From positions 512,001 through 576,000 of the forward strand of contig OX638340.1 of NCBI GenBank assembly GCA_951812955.1: a DNA stretch of 64,000 nt, written 5' to 3'. The position numbers and the translations under genes were made by a program. Positions 29,740 to 39,304 of the stretch are shown here, in pieces. Below the pieces are notes generated by a model. That model did not search any database and was not told the origin of the DNA. It was given only the letters and a program-made list of their open reading frames with translations. This DNA is from an uncultured Gemmatimonadota bacterium. GTDB lineage: Bacteria > JAAXHH01. The stretch's first letter is position 1; each line of letters starts with the position of its first letter.

Positions 29740-29909
29740 GTCCGGCCTTCAAAACGAAGCCGGGTGAAAAGCATATACTTCCTCCGACGAATACGCCGCG
29801 ATCCCCGCCTCAATCATACTTAAAATCGAATATCGGGCTGAAAGAAACCGCGTTCATGCCGGCGACCGGGACGTCCTCCCAGGATTCCGTCTTCTTCATG
29901 TAACCGATA

Positions 29910-30674
29910 CTACCTCCCGATACGCCTCGATATGGAATCGACAAAATCCGCTAGATTGACCATGCAGTGTGCAACAATACCGGGACGGACGCTGCGCGAA
30001 TGGATCGTTGTGTAGATGAGCGGCAGGATACCCAACGTGCGGACCGGAATCATCCATGGGGCGTCAAAATGGTATATGGAGAAAAGTAAGCTGTGTATGG
30101 CGGGCTTCAGGCGGCCGAACTGGCCTGGCATTCTTGGGAGCAGATACCCGCGGAAATAAAGCTCTTCAGTTATGGGTACGAGCATGCCGGTGAGCACGAT
30201 ATTTGCTATCAGAACGATTCCTGTGACGTCCGAAATCCCTATCATCTGGTACTTAGCGAAGACGCTGAATCCTACTAGATTTTCAAGCCGGTGGGTGATC
30301 GGCTCAAACGCTACGAAGATAATTGCGGTTGGTACCAGGATCGTGGGAACCCAAATGAAATAGCGGAAACCGGAGACTGGCTGATTGTATACAACGATGC
30401 CTTCAAGCGACCACCCGGGGTTGTGCCGCTTCTTGGCCAGGTAGTAGAGGTAGCCCAGCTGCATGGGAATCAGCACGAATACGTTTGACAATACGCCGAT
30501 TAATAGCTCCGGCGGTAACGACGGGTTCCATAGCGTCGCAAATCCCAGCAAGGTCGCCGCTACGTTTGCGATGCCGGGAGCAAAATGGAGGAATAGACAC
30601 TTCCCGAGAGAATGAGGTTTAATAGCCGAACCGGTCGGACCTTCTTCGGTGCGGTTTGACGCAAGTGCATTCAT
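29910..30674 (-). CDS. CPBP-family intramembrane metalloprotease (CAAX protease / Abi family)
   Basis: TEELYFRGYLLP (EExxxR motif) and FSIYH motifs in a polytopic membrane protein. Confidence 0.75.
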   Translation of the reverse strand: MNALASNRTEEGPTGSAIKPHSLGKCLFLHFAPGIANVAATLLGFATLWNPSLPPELLIGVLSNVFVLIPMQLGYLYYLAKKRHNPGWSLEGIVVYNQPVSGFRYFIWVPTILVPTAIIFVAFEPITHRLENLVGFSVFAKYQMIGISDVTGIVLIANIVLTGMLVPITEELYFRGYLLPRMPGQFGRLKPAIHSLLFSIYHFDAPWMIPVRTLGILPLIYTTIHSRSVRPGIVAHCMVNLADFVDSISRRIGR

Positions 30675-30873
30675 CCTGGATCTCCTCCAGTCTCATTCCC
30701 TTGAAGTGAGCAGGTATTTTCGCGATTATACGCTGTGACAACTTTCAAAGCCAGGATGAAAGTACCATCAGTTTTCCCTTTACTGATATGCATTCAGCGT
30801 GTATATTAAGCCGTCCAAATTAAGTGTATTCAATCATTAAACAATCGCCTCCCGTACAATTGCGAGACATCGG

Positions 30874-31866
30874 ATGAGCTACCAGCTAACGGATAGTTTC
30901 GGCCGAACGATCAACAACCTGCGGGTATCCGTAACGGATCAGTGCAATTTCCGCTGTATTTACTGCATGCCCGAAGTTGGGATGATCTTTCAGCCGCGGG
31001 AAGAGATCCTGACCTTCGAGGAGATCACCCGTTTCGTCGGGATCGTAACGGAACTCGGCATATCCAAGCTGCGGTTGACCGGCGGGGAGCCTACCGTTCG
31101 AAAGGATCTTCCGGTGCTGTTGCGCATGCTGGCGGCTGTCCCCGGCGTCCAGGACATGGCCATGACGACCAACGGGTTCCTGCTGAAGAAGATGTCGCGG
31201 GACATGTTCGAGGCGGGGTTGCCGCGGATCAACGTCAGCATGGATTCGCTGGACGAAGAGAAATTCAAGGAGATGACCCGCCGGGACGTCCTGCACAAGG
31301 TGCTGGATGGACTCGATGAGGCGACCCGGTATTTTCAGTTGCCGATCAAGATCAACGTGGTCGCCATGAAGGGATACACCGAAGACGAACTGCTGGATTT
31401 CGCGGAATTGGCGCGGACCGGCCCCTACCAGGTACGTTTCATCGAGTTCATGCCCCTCGACGCAGACCGGTCGTGGACCCGGGACCAGGTGCTGGACGGC
31501 GCTGAGATCATCGAACGGATCGGGGCGCGGTGGCCCCTGGACGCGGTGAAGCGTCCGGACCAGCGGGAGCCGGCCGACCTGTTCCAGTTCAGAGACGGCA
31601 AGGGCGAGATCGGTCTCATCGCATCGGTGAGCGAACCCTTTTGCAGCAGCTGCAACCGCATACGCATCACGGCGGACGGCAAGCTTCGGACCTGCCTGTT
31701 CTCGATTAATGAAACGGACATCAAGGCGTTGCTGCGAGGTGGCGCTTCCGATGGCGATATTGCCGAGACAGTCATCGAAGCGGTGCGCCACAAGGAGCCG
31801 GGGCATCACATCAACGAACCCGACTTCGTCCAGCCGGAACGGACCATGTCCTCCATCGGCGGATAG
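30874..31866 (+). CDS. moaA: GTP 3',8-cyclase, radical SAM, molybdenum cofactor biosynthesis
   Basis: CNFRCIYCMP radical-SAM cysteine triad, C-terminal CSSCNRIRITADGKLRTCLF second cluster and GGEPT motif. Confidence 0.9.
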   Translation: MSYQLTDSFGRTINNLRVSVTDQCNFRCIYCMPEVGMIFQPREEILTFEEITRFVGIVTELGISKLRLTGGEPTVRKDLPVLLRMLAAVPGVQDMAMTTNGFLLKKMSRDMFEAGLPRINVSMDSLDEEKFKEMTRRDVLHKVLDGLDEATRYFQLPIKINVVAMKGYTEDELLDFAELARTGPYQVRFIEFMPLDADRSWTRDQVLDGAEIIERIGARWPLDAVKRPDQREPADLFQFRDGKGEIGLIASVSEPFCSSCNRIRITADGKLRTCLFSINETDIKALLRGGASDGDIAETVIEAVRHKEPGHHINEPDFVQPERTMSSIGG

Positions 31867-32031
31867 CACGAAAGCAGTCATACAATACAAAAGTAGCGCC
31901 TGTGTGAAGGCCACTTTAACCGGATTGAACGAATTCAGAACCTGAGCGTATGTCAGAACCTGAATTGTCCGGGCGCACGAGCGTCTAACTCGGCGCCCGG
32001 TACCGTTTCCCAAAGTCTGCAGGAGATCATC

Positions 32032-33213
32032 ATGAGTCAGCGGTTGTCATCTCAGGAACTCCTCGCCCAGGTCAAGGGCGAAGTGAAAGAGATGTCCATG
32101 GAAGAACTCAAGGAGCGGCTTGACCGGAAGGACGACCTGGTCTTGATCGACGTACGAGAGCAGGACGAGGTCGACCAGGGCGTCATCGTTGGGGCCACCC
32201 ATATTCCGCGAGGTTTTCTCGAACTCAGAATCGAAAACACCGAAAGCGACAGAGACCGGGAAATCGTGCTGTACTGCGCGGGCGGCAACCGCTCGGCGCT
32301 GGCGGCGCAGTCCCTCGAGGCCATGGGGTACACCAATGTCATCTCCATGCGGGAGGGCTACACCGGTTGGAACGCTGCCGGTTTTCCCACGGTCCAGGAA
32401 CGCGCTTTGAGCAAGGAAGAGCGCCTGAGGTACTCCCGCCACCTGATCGTGCCGGAGATCGGCGAGCCCGGTCAGGTAAAGATTCTCGAATCGAAGGTGC
32501 TGCTGGTGGGCACGGGGGGACTGGGTTCTCCATCGGCCTACTATCTCGCGGCCGCCGGTGTGGGCACCATCGGACTCATCGACTTCGACGTCGTCGACGT
32601 GACCAACCTGCAGCGGCAGATCATCCACGGCACCTCCGACATCGGCCGTCCCAAGGTGGTCTCGGCCCAGGAGACGATCAACGACCTGAACCCGGACTGC
32701 AACGTGGTTCTCCATGAAACCCGGCTCATGGCCGAGAACATCATGGACATCATCAAGGACTACGACATCATCGTCGACGGGTGCGACAACTTCCCTACGC
32801 GGTACCTGGTCAACGACGCATGCGTGCTGGCCGGCAAGCCGAACGTCCACGGCAGCATTTACCAGTTCGACGGCTACGCCACGGTATTTCATCCCGCGAA
32901 GGGACCCTGCTACCGCTGTCTCTACCCCGAACCGCCGCCGCCCGGCGCCGTACCGAGCTGCGACGAAGCCGGGGTGCTCGGAGTCCTTCCCGGCACGGTG
33001 GGGCTTATTCAAGCCACCGAGACCCTCAAGCTCATACTCGACGAGGGCGATCCGCTCATCGGGCGGATCCTGATGTACGACGCATTGGACATGACCTTTC
33101 AGACCTTTAACGTTCAGAAGGATCCCTCCTGTCCCCTCTGCGGCGAGAACCCCACGGTTACCGAGTTAATCGACTACGAAGCCTTCTGCGGTTTCGCGCC
33201 GGCCGCCGGCTGA
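32032..33213 (+). CDS. Rhodanese-MoeB/ThiF fusion (sulfur-carrier adenylyltransferase with N-terminal rhodanese domain)
   Basis: Residues 20-120 form a rhodanese domain with active-site loop CAGGNRS. Residues 120-393 form a ThiF/MoeB domain (GTGGLGSP, two CxxC zinc motifs CYRC and CPLC). Confidence 0.85.
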   Translation: MSQRLSSQELLAQVKGEVKEMSMEELKERLDRKDDLVLIDVREQDEVDQGVIVGATHIPRGFLELRIENTESDRDREIVLYCAGGNRSALAAQSLEAMGYTNVISMREGYTGWNAAGFPTVQERALSKEERLRYSRHLIVPEIGEPGQVKILESKVLLVGTGGLGSPSAYYLAAAGVGTIGLIDFDVVDVTNLQRQIIHGTSDIGRPKVVSAQETINDLNPDCNVVLHETRLMAENIMDIIKDYDIIVDGCDNFPTRYLVNDACVLAGKPNVHGSIYQFDGYATVFHPAKGPCYRCLYPEPPPPGAVPSCDEAGVLGVLPGTVGLIQATETLKLILDEGDPLIGRILMYDALDMTFQTFNVQKDPSCPLCGENPTVTELIDYEAFCGFAPAAG

Positions 33214-33359
33214 CGGTGGTTCGGCGTGACCCATTGTGTTCGACCGCGCGAAAATCCGGACCAACTGGATTTATACTGGACGGCCGGGCGGTTATGGGAT
33301 TTTCATGTTCAATGAGTCAAGTGTCCATCCAATCCGTTAACCCATAAGGAATACTCACC

Positions 33360-34250
33360 ATGGCGGAAAGAATCGGTTTCATCGGCCTCGGCATCATGGG
33401 AGAGCCGATGTGCCGCAACCTGATGAAGGCGGGATATGCCTGCACCGTGAACACCCGGACGAAATCGCGGGCTGAAAAGCTCCTTTCCGAAGGCGCGGTC
33501 TGGAGCGATACCCCGAAGGAAACGGCAAGCAATTCGGACGTGATCATCACCATCGTGACCGACACGCCGGACGTGGAGAAGGTCATTCTAGGCGGGAACG
33601 GAGTCGTAGAAGGCATCCAGCCGGGTTCGGTCGTCATCGACATGAGTACCATTTCCCCTTCAGCCACCCGGGACATGGCCGCGGCGCTCAAGGAGCAGGG
33701 TGCCGATATGCTCGACGCGCCGGTCAGCGGCGGCGACACGGGGGCGATCGCGGGAACGCTCTCCATCATGGTGGGCGGCAAGCAGGACGTATTCGACCGG
33801 TGCCTGCCGGTCTTTGAGGCCATGGGCAAGAGCATCAATTTGATCGGCGATCACGGCGCCGGGCAGATGACGAAGCTCTGCAACCAGGTGGCGGTAAGCG
33901 TAGCGAACCTGGCCATGGCGGAAGCGCTCATCCTGGCCGCCAAGGCCGGGCTGGACATGGAGAAGATGCTCGCCGCGATCAGCGGAGGCGCCGCAGGCTC
34001 CTGGCAATTGTCCAACCTGGCGCCGCGCATCATCAAGCGGGACTTCGATCCGGGATTCATGGTGAAACTGCAACAGAAAGACCTGCGGCTTGTGATGGGC
34101 GCCGCTTCGGAACTCGGGCTGGGACTGCCCGGCGCGAGCCTGGCTCACCAGTTGTTCAACGCCATCGAAGCCGCCGGTGAGGGCGACGAGGGCACGCAGG
34201 CGCTGGTTAAATCCCTCGAACGCATGTCCGGGGTGGAAGTACACGGTTAG
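33360..34250 (+). CDS. NAD(P)-dependent 3-hydroxyisobutyrate / 2-hydroxy-3-oxopropionate reductase family dehydrogenase
   Basis: IGFIGLGIMGEPM N-terminal Rossmann motif, HIBADH-family core and C-terminal 6PGDH-like helical domain. Confidence 0.8.
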   Translation: MAERIGFIGLGIMGEPMCRNLMKAGYACTVNTRTKSRAEKLLSEGAVWSDTPKETASNSDVIITIVTDTPDVEKVILGGNGVVEGIQPGSVVIDMSTISPSATRDMAAALKEQGADMLDAPVSGGDTGAIAGTLSIMVGGKQDVFDRCLPVFEAMGKSINLIGDHGAGQMTKLCNQVAVSVANLAMAEALILAAKAGLDMEKMLAAISGGAAGSWQLSNLAPRIIKRDFDPGFMVKLQQKDLRLVMGAASELGLGLPGASLAHQLFNAIEAAGEGDEGTQALVKSLERMSGVEVHG

Positions 34251-34272
34251 CCGCGTTTCCTGAGGGAGATCG

Positions 34273-34746
34273 ATGCGTTTCAGCGTGCTGGTGACCCTCT
34301 TCGGCGTCGGCGCAATCCTGATGGCCGTTGCCGTTGTATTCATGTATGGCGTGGACGGAGCGGACGAACCCAGGACGCCGGAAGAGCACGGACGCCGGCT
34401 GTTTCGCCTGCAGGGATGCGCTACCTGTCACGCCATCGGCGGAGGCATTTCCCGCGGCCCGGACCTGGCCGGGTTAATCCCCAGGCTCGCCGCTCGCCTG
34501 ACTGACGACGTGTACCGGGCCCACCTGGACTCGCTTAATGTGGCAAGACCGGATGTATACGACTTTTTCGCTCCCCGGTACGAGGGGATCTTCAACGTAC
34601 AAGGCGATGAGCGGATCAAGGTATGGTTCGCCCAGCATTTGAAAAACCCCCGGTTCGATCATTTCACGGGACTGATGCCCAATTACAGTCATTTGACCGA
34701 GGACCAGGTCGATCGCTTGACCGCCTTTATCATGACCCTGAAGTAG
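34273..34746 (+). CDS. Membrane-anchored monohaem c-type cytochrome
   Basis: N-terminal TM helix followed by a single CATCH haem-binding motif. Begins 23 nt after the preceding gene. Confidence 0.7.
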   Translation: MRFSVLVTLFGVGAILMAVAVVFMYGVDGADEPRTPEEHGRRLFRLQGCATCHAIGGGISRGPDLAGLIPRLAARLTDDVYRAHLDSLNVARPDVYDFFAPRYEGIFNVQGDERIKVWFAQHLKNPRFDHFTGLMPNYSHLTEDQVDRLTAFIMTLK

Positions 34747-34779
34747 CAATCCGATTAGTGAACACTCACGTTGTGGGAA

Positions 34780-34880
34780 GAACTGTCGTACGAACTTACG
34801 CGCACGAACTGTCGCACAACTATCGCATAAACTTACGCGCACGAACTGTCGCACAACTATCGAATGAACTGTCGCGCGCA
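34780..34880 (+). repeat. Tandem 37-bp duplication with extra GAACTGTCG partial copies in the ilvD leader
   Basis: AACTTACGCGCACGAACTGTCGCACAACTATCG occurs twice in tandem (34792-34865). GAACTGTCG occurs four times. The array ends about 30 nt before the ilvD ATG. Confidence 0.6.
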
Positions 34881-34909
34881 GTCTACTCAAGCAGAACGGA
34901 GACCGAAAA

Positions 34910-36586
34910 ATGAATGACGCAGGAAAAAGACACAGCAGGACCATAACGGATGGCCCCTCGAGGGCTCCGGCCCGGGCCATGCTCAAGGCCTCCGGGTTCA
35001 CCGATTCGGATCTCTCCCGGCCGATCATCGGGATCGCCAACACCTGGATCGAGATCGGTCCCTGCACTTATCACCTCCGCGATCTGGCGGAATACGTGAA
35101 GGAAGGCGTCCGCGAAGCCGGCGGCACGCCCATGGAATTCAACACCGTATCCATTTCGGACGGGATCACCATGGGCAGCCAGGGCATGAAGGCATCACTG
35201 GTCAGCCGAGAGGTGATCGCCGATTCCATCGAACTGGTCACGATCGGAAACATGTTCGACGGTCTGATCGCCCTATCGGGATGCGACAAGACTATTCCCG
35301 GTACGGTCATGGCACTCGGAAGGACCAACGTCCCCTCGCTCATGCTCTATGGCGGTTCGATCATGCCGGGCAGTTTCCAGCAGCACGACGTCACCATTCA
35401 GGACGTCTTCGAAGCGGTAGGCGCCCACGCCTCGGGCAGTATGAGCGACATCGAACTGAAGGACATGGAAGATCACGCCTGTCCCGGCGCCGGCGCGTGC
35501 GGCGGCCAGTTCACGGCCAATACCATGGCCATCGCCTTCGAGATGCTGGGTATCTCGCCCATCGGAAGCGCGAGCGTGCCAGCCATCCACCCGGACAAGC
35601 CGAAAGTAGCCCGCGAGTGCGGACGCCAGGTCATGGAGCTGGCACGAAGGAACATCTGCCCCCGCGACATCATGACGCGGAACGCCTTTGAAAACGCCAT
35701 CGCCGCCGTGCTCACCACGGGCGGATCGACCAACAGCGTGCTCCACCTCCTGGCCGTCGCCCAGGAATCGGGCGTAGATCTGCAGATCGAAGATTTCGAC
35801 CGCATCAGCGAAAAGACGCCGCTGCTCGCCGATCTGAAACCAGGCGGCCAGTTCGTCGCCAACGACCTGTTCGCCGCGGGAGGCAATCGGCTCGTGGCCA
35901 AGCGCATGCTGGAAGGCGGCATGCTCCACGAGGACGAGATTACCGTGTCGGGCCGGACCATCTCAGAAGAAGCGGCCGATGCCTTGGAGACTCCCGGACA
36001 GATTGTCGTCCGCGAACTCGAGGAACCGCTGAAACCCACAGGCGGTTACGTGATCTTGAAAGGCAACCTGGCCCCCGAAGGCTGCGTGCTAAAGGTCGCT
36101 GGGCACGAAAAGACCCATCACCGCGGACCCGCTCGGGTCTTCGACTCCGAGGAAAACGCGATGGAAGAGGTCATGAACGGGGGGATACAGCCCAATGACG
36201 TGGTGGTCATCCGTTACGAGGGTCCGAAGGGCGGACCGGGGATGCGGGAAATGCTGGCCGTCACCGGCGCCCTGGTCGGCCGGGGCCTTGGCGAATCGGT
36301 GGCGCTGATGACCGATGGCAGGTTCTCAGGCGCGACCCATGGTTTCATGGTAGGACACGTAGCGCCCGAAGCCGCGGTGCGTGGTCCCATCGCCGCGCTG
36401 CGCGACGGGGACACCGTGGTCTTCGACGTCGAGTCCCGCCGCCTCGACGTGGAGATATCCGACGAGGCCATCGCCGAACGCCTTGCCGAATGGAGCGAGC
36501 GGCCCTCCGTTTTCGGCGACGGCGTCATGACCAAGTACGCCCGGCTCGTATCTTCAGCGGCAAGAGGGGCGGTAACGCGGGCGTGA
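34910..36586 (+). CDS. ilvD: Dihydroxy-acid dehydratase
   Basis: [15 protein letters not shown] motif, [Fe-S] cysteine ligands ([16 protein letters not shown]) and a length of 558 aa. Confidence 0.9.
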   Translation: MNDAGKRHSRTITDGPSRAPARAMLKASGFTDSDLSRPIIGIANTWIEIGPCTYHLRDLAEYVKEGVREAGGTPMEFNTVSISDGITMGSQGMKASLVSREVIADSIELVTIGNMFDGLIALSGCDKTIPGTVMALGRTNVPSLMLYGGSIMPGSFQQHDVTIQDVFEAVGAHASGSMSDIELKDMEDHACPGAGACGGQFTANTMAIAFEMLGISPIGSASVPAIHPDKPKVARECGRQVMELARRNICPRDIMTRNAFENAIAAVLTTGGSTNSVLHLLAVAQESGVDLQIEDFDRISEKTPLLADLKPGGQFVANDLFAAGGNRLVAKRMLEGGMLHEDEITVSGRTISEEAADALETPGQIVVRELEEPLKPTGGYVILKGNLAPEGCVLKVAGHEKTHHRGPARVFDSEENAMEEVMNGGIQPNDVVVIRYEGPKGGPGMREMLAVTGALVGRGLGESVALMTDGRFSGATHGFMVGHVAPEAAVRGPIAALRDGDTVVFDVESRRLDVEISDEAIAERLAEWSERPSVFGDGVMTKYARLVSSAARGAVTRA

Positions 36587-36590
36587 CCAG

Positions 36591-37499
36591 TCACAGAATC
36601 CCGTGGCCGAGCGCCGAACGCAGGAGTTCCACACCCAGTTCGGCCGTGGCATTGCGCACGTCCAGGATCGGATTCAGTTCGACCAGGTCCAGGGCGCGCA
36701 GCAGTCCACTGTCGGCCACCGTTTCCATGAGCAGGTGGGCTTCGCGGTAACTCAGTCCGCCCTTGACCGGCGTGCCCACGCCGGGTGCGATGCCCGGATC
36801 GCACACATCGAGATCGAAGGACACGTGCACGCCCGCCGTGCCGTTGCCCGCCAGCTCCAGCGCTTTCTCTGCCACCCGGGCCATCCCCAGTTGATCCACG
36901 TCCTTCATCGTATAGACATGAATACCTGACTCGAGCACCTGGTTGCGCTCGGCGTCGTCCAGGTTGCGTACACCTACGAGGACGGTGTTTTCCGCTTCGA
37001 CGGCCGGATCGGTCGGCCCGAAACCCGTCAATTCGGCCGGTCCTCCTCCAAGCAGTGCGGAAAGCGCCATACCGTGGACGTTTCCGCTCGCACTGGTGTC
37101 GGGGGTGTTCATGTCGCCGTGGGCATCGACCCACAACAGGCCAATCCGCTCGCCCTCGTCACGGGCGCATGCGGCCGTGGCTACCACCGAACCGGCGGCC
37201 AGGCTGTGATCGCCGCCCAGAACCACGGGGATCGCTTCATCACGCTGCGACGCAAGCGCCGTGTCGAAAACGTCCCGGCAGACGTCGGCGATATCTTCGA
37301 TATACTTCTTCGAGGGAACACCTGGACGGCACGTTTCCCGTATGGGCGCCGGCAGGTCTCCCCGGTCAGTCAACTCACGGCCAAGCTCAGAAACCACGCC
37401 ACCTACGCCGGCGATGCGCATGGCTGATGGCCCCATGTCGACTCCTCGGCGTCCCGCGCCGAGGTCGAGGGGCACCCCGATGATATGGATGGGATTCAT
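36591..37499 (-). CDS. Arginase/agmatinase-family ureohydrolase
   Basis: IIGVPLDLGAGRRG, DAHGD and SFDLDVCDP manganese-binding motifs. Start placed at the ATG at 37499 (MNPIHIIG). The track ORF carries a 76-aa artefactual N-terminus. Confidence 0.8.
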   Translation of the reverse strand: MNPIHIIGVPLDLGAGRRGVDMGPSAMRIAGVGGVVSELGRELTDRGDLPAPIRETCRPGVPSKKYIEDIADVCRDVFDTALASQRDEAIPVVLGGDHSLAAGSVVATAACARDEGERIGLLWVDAHGDMNTPDTSASGNVHGMALSALLGGGPAELTGFGPTDPAVEAENTVLVGVRNLDDAERNQVLESGIHVYTMKDVDQLGMARVAEKALELAGNGTAGVHVSFDLDVCDPGIAPGVGTPVKGGLSYREAHLLMETVADSGLLRALDLVELNPILDVRNATAELGVELLRSALGHGIL

Positions 37500-37593
37500 C
37501 GATGGATTTCCCTGGCTAGAATTGACCTGGAGGTCCTGACTAAACGAACGCAACATCAACGGAAAGGTCGGTCGATCCGTAGGAATCGTTTGG

Positions 37594-38022
37594 TCAATCC
37601 CGTACGGGCAGTGCTCCCGGTGGCGCGATGCGACAACCTGGCAGGGTGCGGAGAAAGGCCTCGGGACCGGGTGGACAGTAGATGGCGATGATGCGCATAG
37701 GTTCCCAGCCGGTGTTGATCGTTTCATGGTACATGTCGGCGGGAATGTGGCACATCATGCCTGGCGTGACTTTCTTACGAATCTCCTCGCCGTCTTCCTC
37801 CACCATCTGTTCACCTTCGCCCGAAATGTAGTAGAGGATCTCCTCCACGCCGGGATGGTTATGCCGTTCGTGTCCCTTGCCCGGTTCGAGTACGACCAGC
37901 CCCATGCTGAAGCGCTCGGTTTCGGTCACCCGGGGTTCGCTGAACCACTTGATGTTCCCCCAGTCGAACATCATGGTTTCCACGTCGTCCGGCTCTACGA
38001 ATCGTAGGCCCGGTTCAGGCAT
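37594..38022 (-). CDS. Cupin-domain protein
   Basis: Conserved cupin motifs HNHPGVEEILYYISGEG and MCHIPADMYH. Start placed at the ATG at 38022 with AGGAGG Shine-Dalgarno sequence. The track's upstream extension contains a 15-bp tandem repeat and is non-coding. Confidence 0.7.
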   Translation of the reverse strand: MPEPGLRFVEPDDVETMMFDWGNIKWFSEPRVTETERFSMGLVVLEPGKGHERHNHPGVEEILYYISGEGEQMVEEDGEEIRKKVTPGMMCHIPADMYHETINTGWEPMRIIAIYCPPGPEAFLRTLPGCRIAPPGALPVRD

Positions 38023-38204
38023 GTCCGCCTCCTGAGTCTGCGTTTGTGAGTCTGGTTTATACGAGTCTGGTTTATACGAGTTTGTGTTGGTGAATTTGTA
38101 CCGATTGAGCCAGTGTCGCGCTGGCTGTATGAATCCGCCGTTCATCCTGTGAACCCGTGTCGTGAAGGCTCTGCGAATCCGCGGATCACCGGCTCTATCT
38201 TTTC

Positions 38205-39032
38205 TTAAATGGCCAGTCCCTTGAAAAGACGGACCTGTTCCGTGAGCGCCCTTTCCACGGGCAGGCGCTCGATACTCGACGCCCCGAAGAAACCGACGAC
38301 CCCGGTTGTGTTGCTCAGCACGTACTCGGCGTCATCGGGTTCGGCAATAGGACCGCCGTGGCACAGCACCAGGATATCATTCCTAACACCGACTGCGGCA
38401 TCCCGGATGGCCTGCACCCTTTCTGCGGCCTCCTGTATCGTCATGGCCGTCCGGGCGCCGATCGTACCGCTCGTCGTCAGACCCATGTGGGGTACGAGCA
38501 CGTCTGCGCCGGCCTCGGCCATCTTCACGGCTTCTTCCTCGTTGAAGACGTAGGGACAGGTCATAAGCCCCGCCTGGTGGGCCTCGGCGATCATCTCGAC
38601 TTCCAGGTCGTAACCCATGTTCGTTTCTTCGAGATTCTGGCGGAACAGGCCGTCGATGAGTCCGACCGTGGGGAAGTTCTGGACCCCCGAGAATCCCTGG
38701 TCCTTCAACTGGCGAACGAACACGCTCATGATCCGGAAGGGATCCGTGCCGCAGACGCCTGCCAGCACGGGGGTGTCCTCCACGATGGTCAGGACCTCCT
38801 GGCCCATCTCCACGACCACCTGGTTGGCGTCGCCGTAGGGCATCATGCCCGATAGGGAACCCCGCCCGCCCATGCGGTACCGCCCGGAGTTGTAGATGAT
38901 GATAATGTCGGCGCCTCCCGCTTCCGCGCACTTGGCGGACAGACCGGTGCCGGCGCCTGTGCCGATGATGGGGCAGCCTTCGGATACCTGTGCCCGCAAT
39001 CGCCGCAGGCATTCGTCGTAGGGTATGGCCAT
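38205..39032 (-). CDS. Phosphoenolpyruvate-hydrolase-like TIM-barrel protein (Tm-1 C-terminal-domain-like; PF09370-type)
   Basis: Family recognised by recall from IIGTGAGTGLSAKCAEAGGADIIIIYNSG and the VLCHGGPIA C-terminal region. Start at the ATG at 39032 with GGAG upstream. The track starts at a TTG. Confidence 0.55.
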   Translation of the reverse strand: MAIPYDECLRRLRAQVSEGCPIIGTGAGTGLSAKCAEAGGADIIIIYNSGRYRMGGRGSLSGMMPYGDANQVVVEMGQEVLTIVEDTPVLAGVCGTDPFRIMSVFVRQLKDQGFSGVQNFPTVGLIDGLFRQNLEETNMGYDLEVEMIAEAHQAGLMTCPYVFNEEEAVKMAEAGADVLVPHMGLTTSGTIGARTAMTIQEAAERVQAIRDAAVGVRNDILVLCHGGPIAEPDDAEYVLSNTTGVVGFFGASSIERLPVERALTEQVRLFKGLAI

Positions 39033-39304
39033 TGATAACTCCGTAATCGGGTAGGAATTCAAAGTTCATACGGGAATAACCGCGTCTTTTCAATCTTCAG
39101 CGGCATGATTCGAGTATAGGAACACGTTGCCCAAACGTCAACGAAATTGGCGGGATGTGAAGGTGAACCCGAAATAGGTTTGAATCGTATCTCACCACGC
39201 TGTAAAATGTCTGTAGAACGGATCAAAATGTCCAATGAACGAAATCTCGATCAGATCCGTGCAACAGATCCACACATGGCCTGGAAATCATCCGGAGACT
39301 ACCC

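Noticed and set aside
30886-33012. Minus-strand ORFs of 375 aa and 321 aa overlapping moaA and the rhodanese-MoeB gene
   Set aside because: They are antisense to genes with definitive radical-SAM and ThiF motifs. These are GC-driven open frames.
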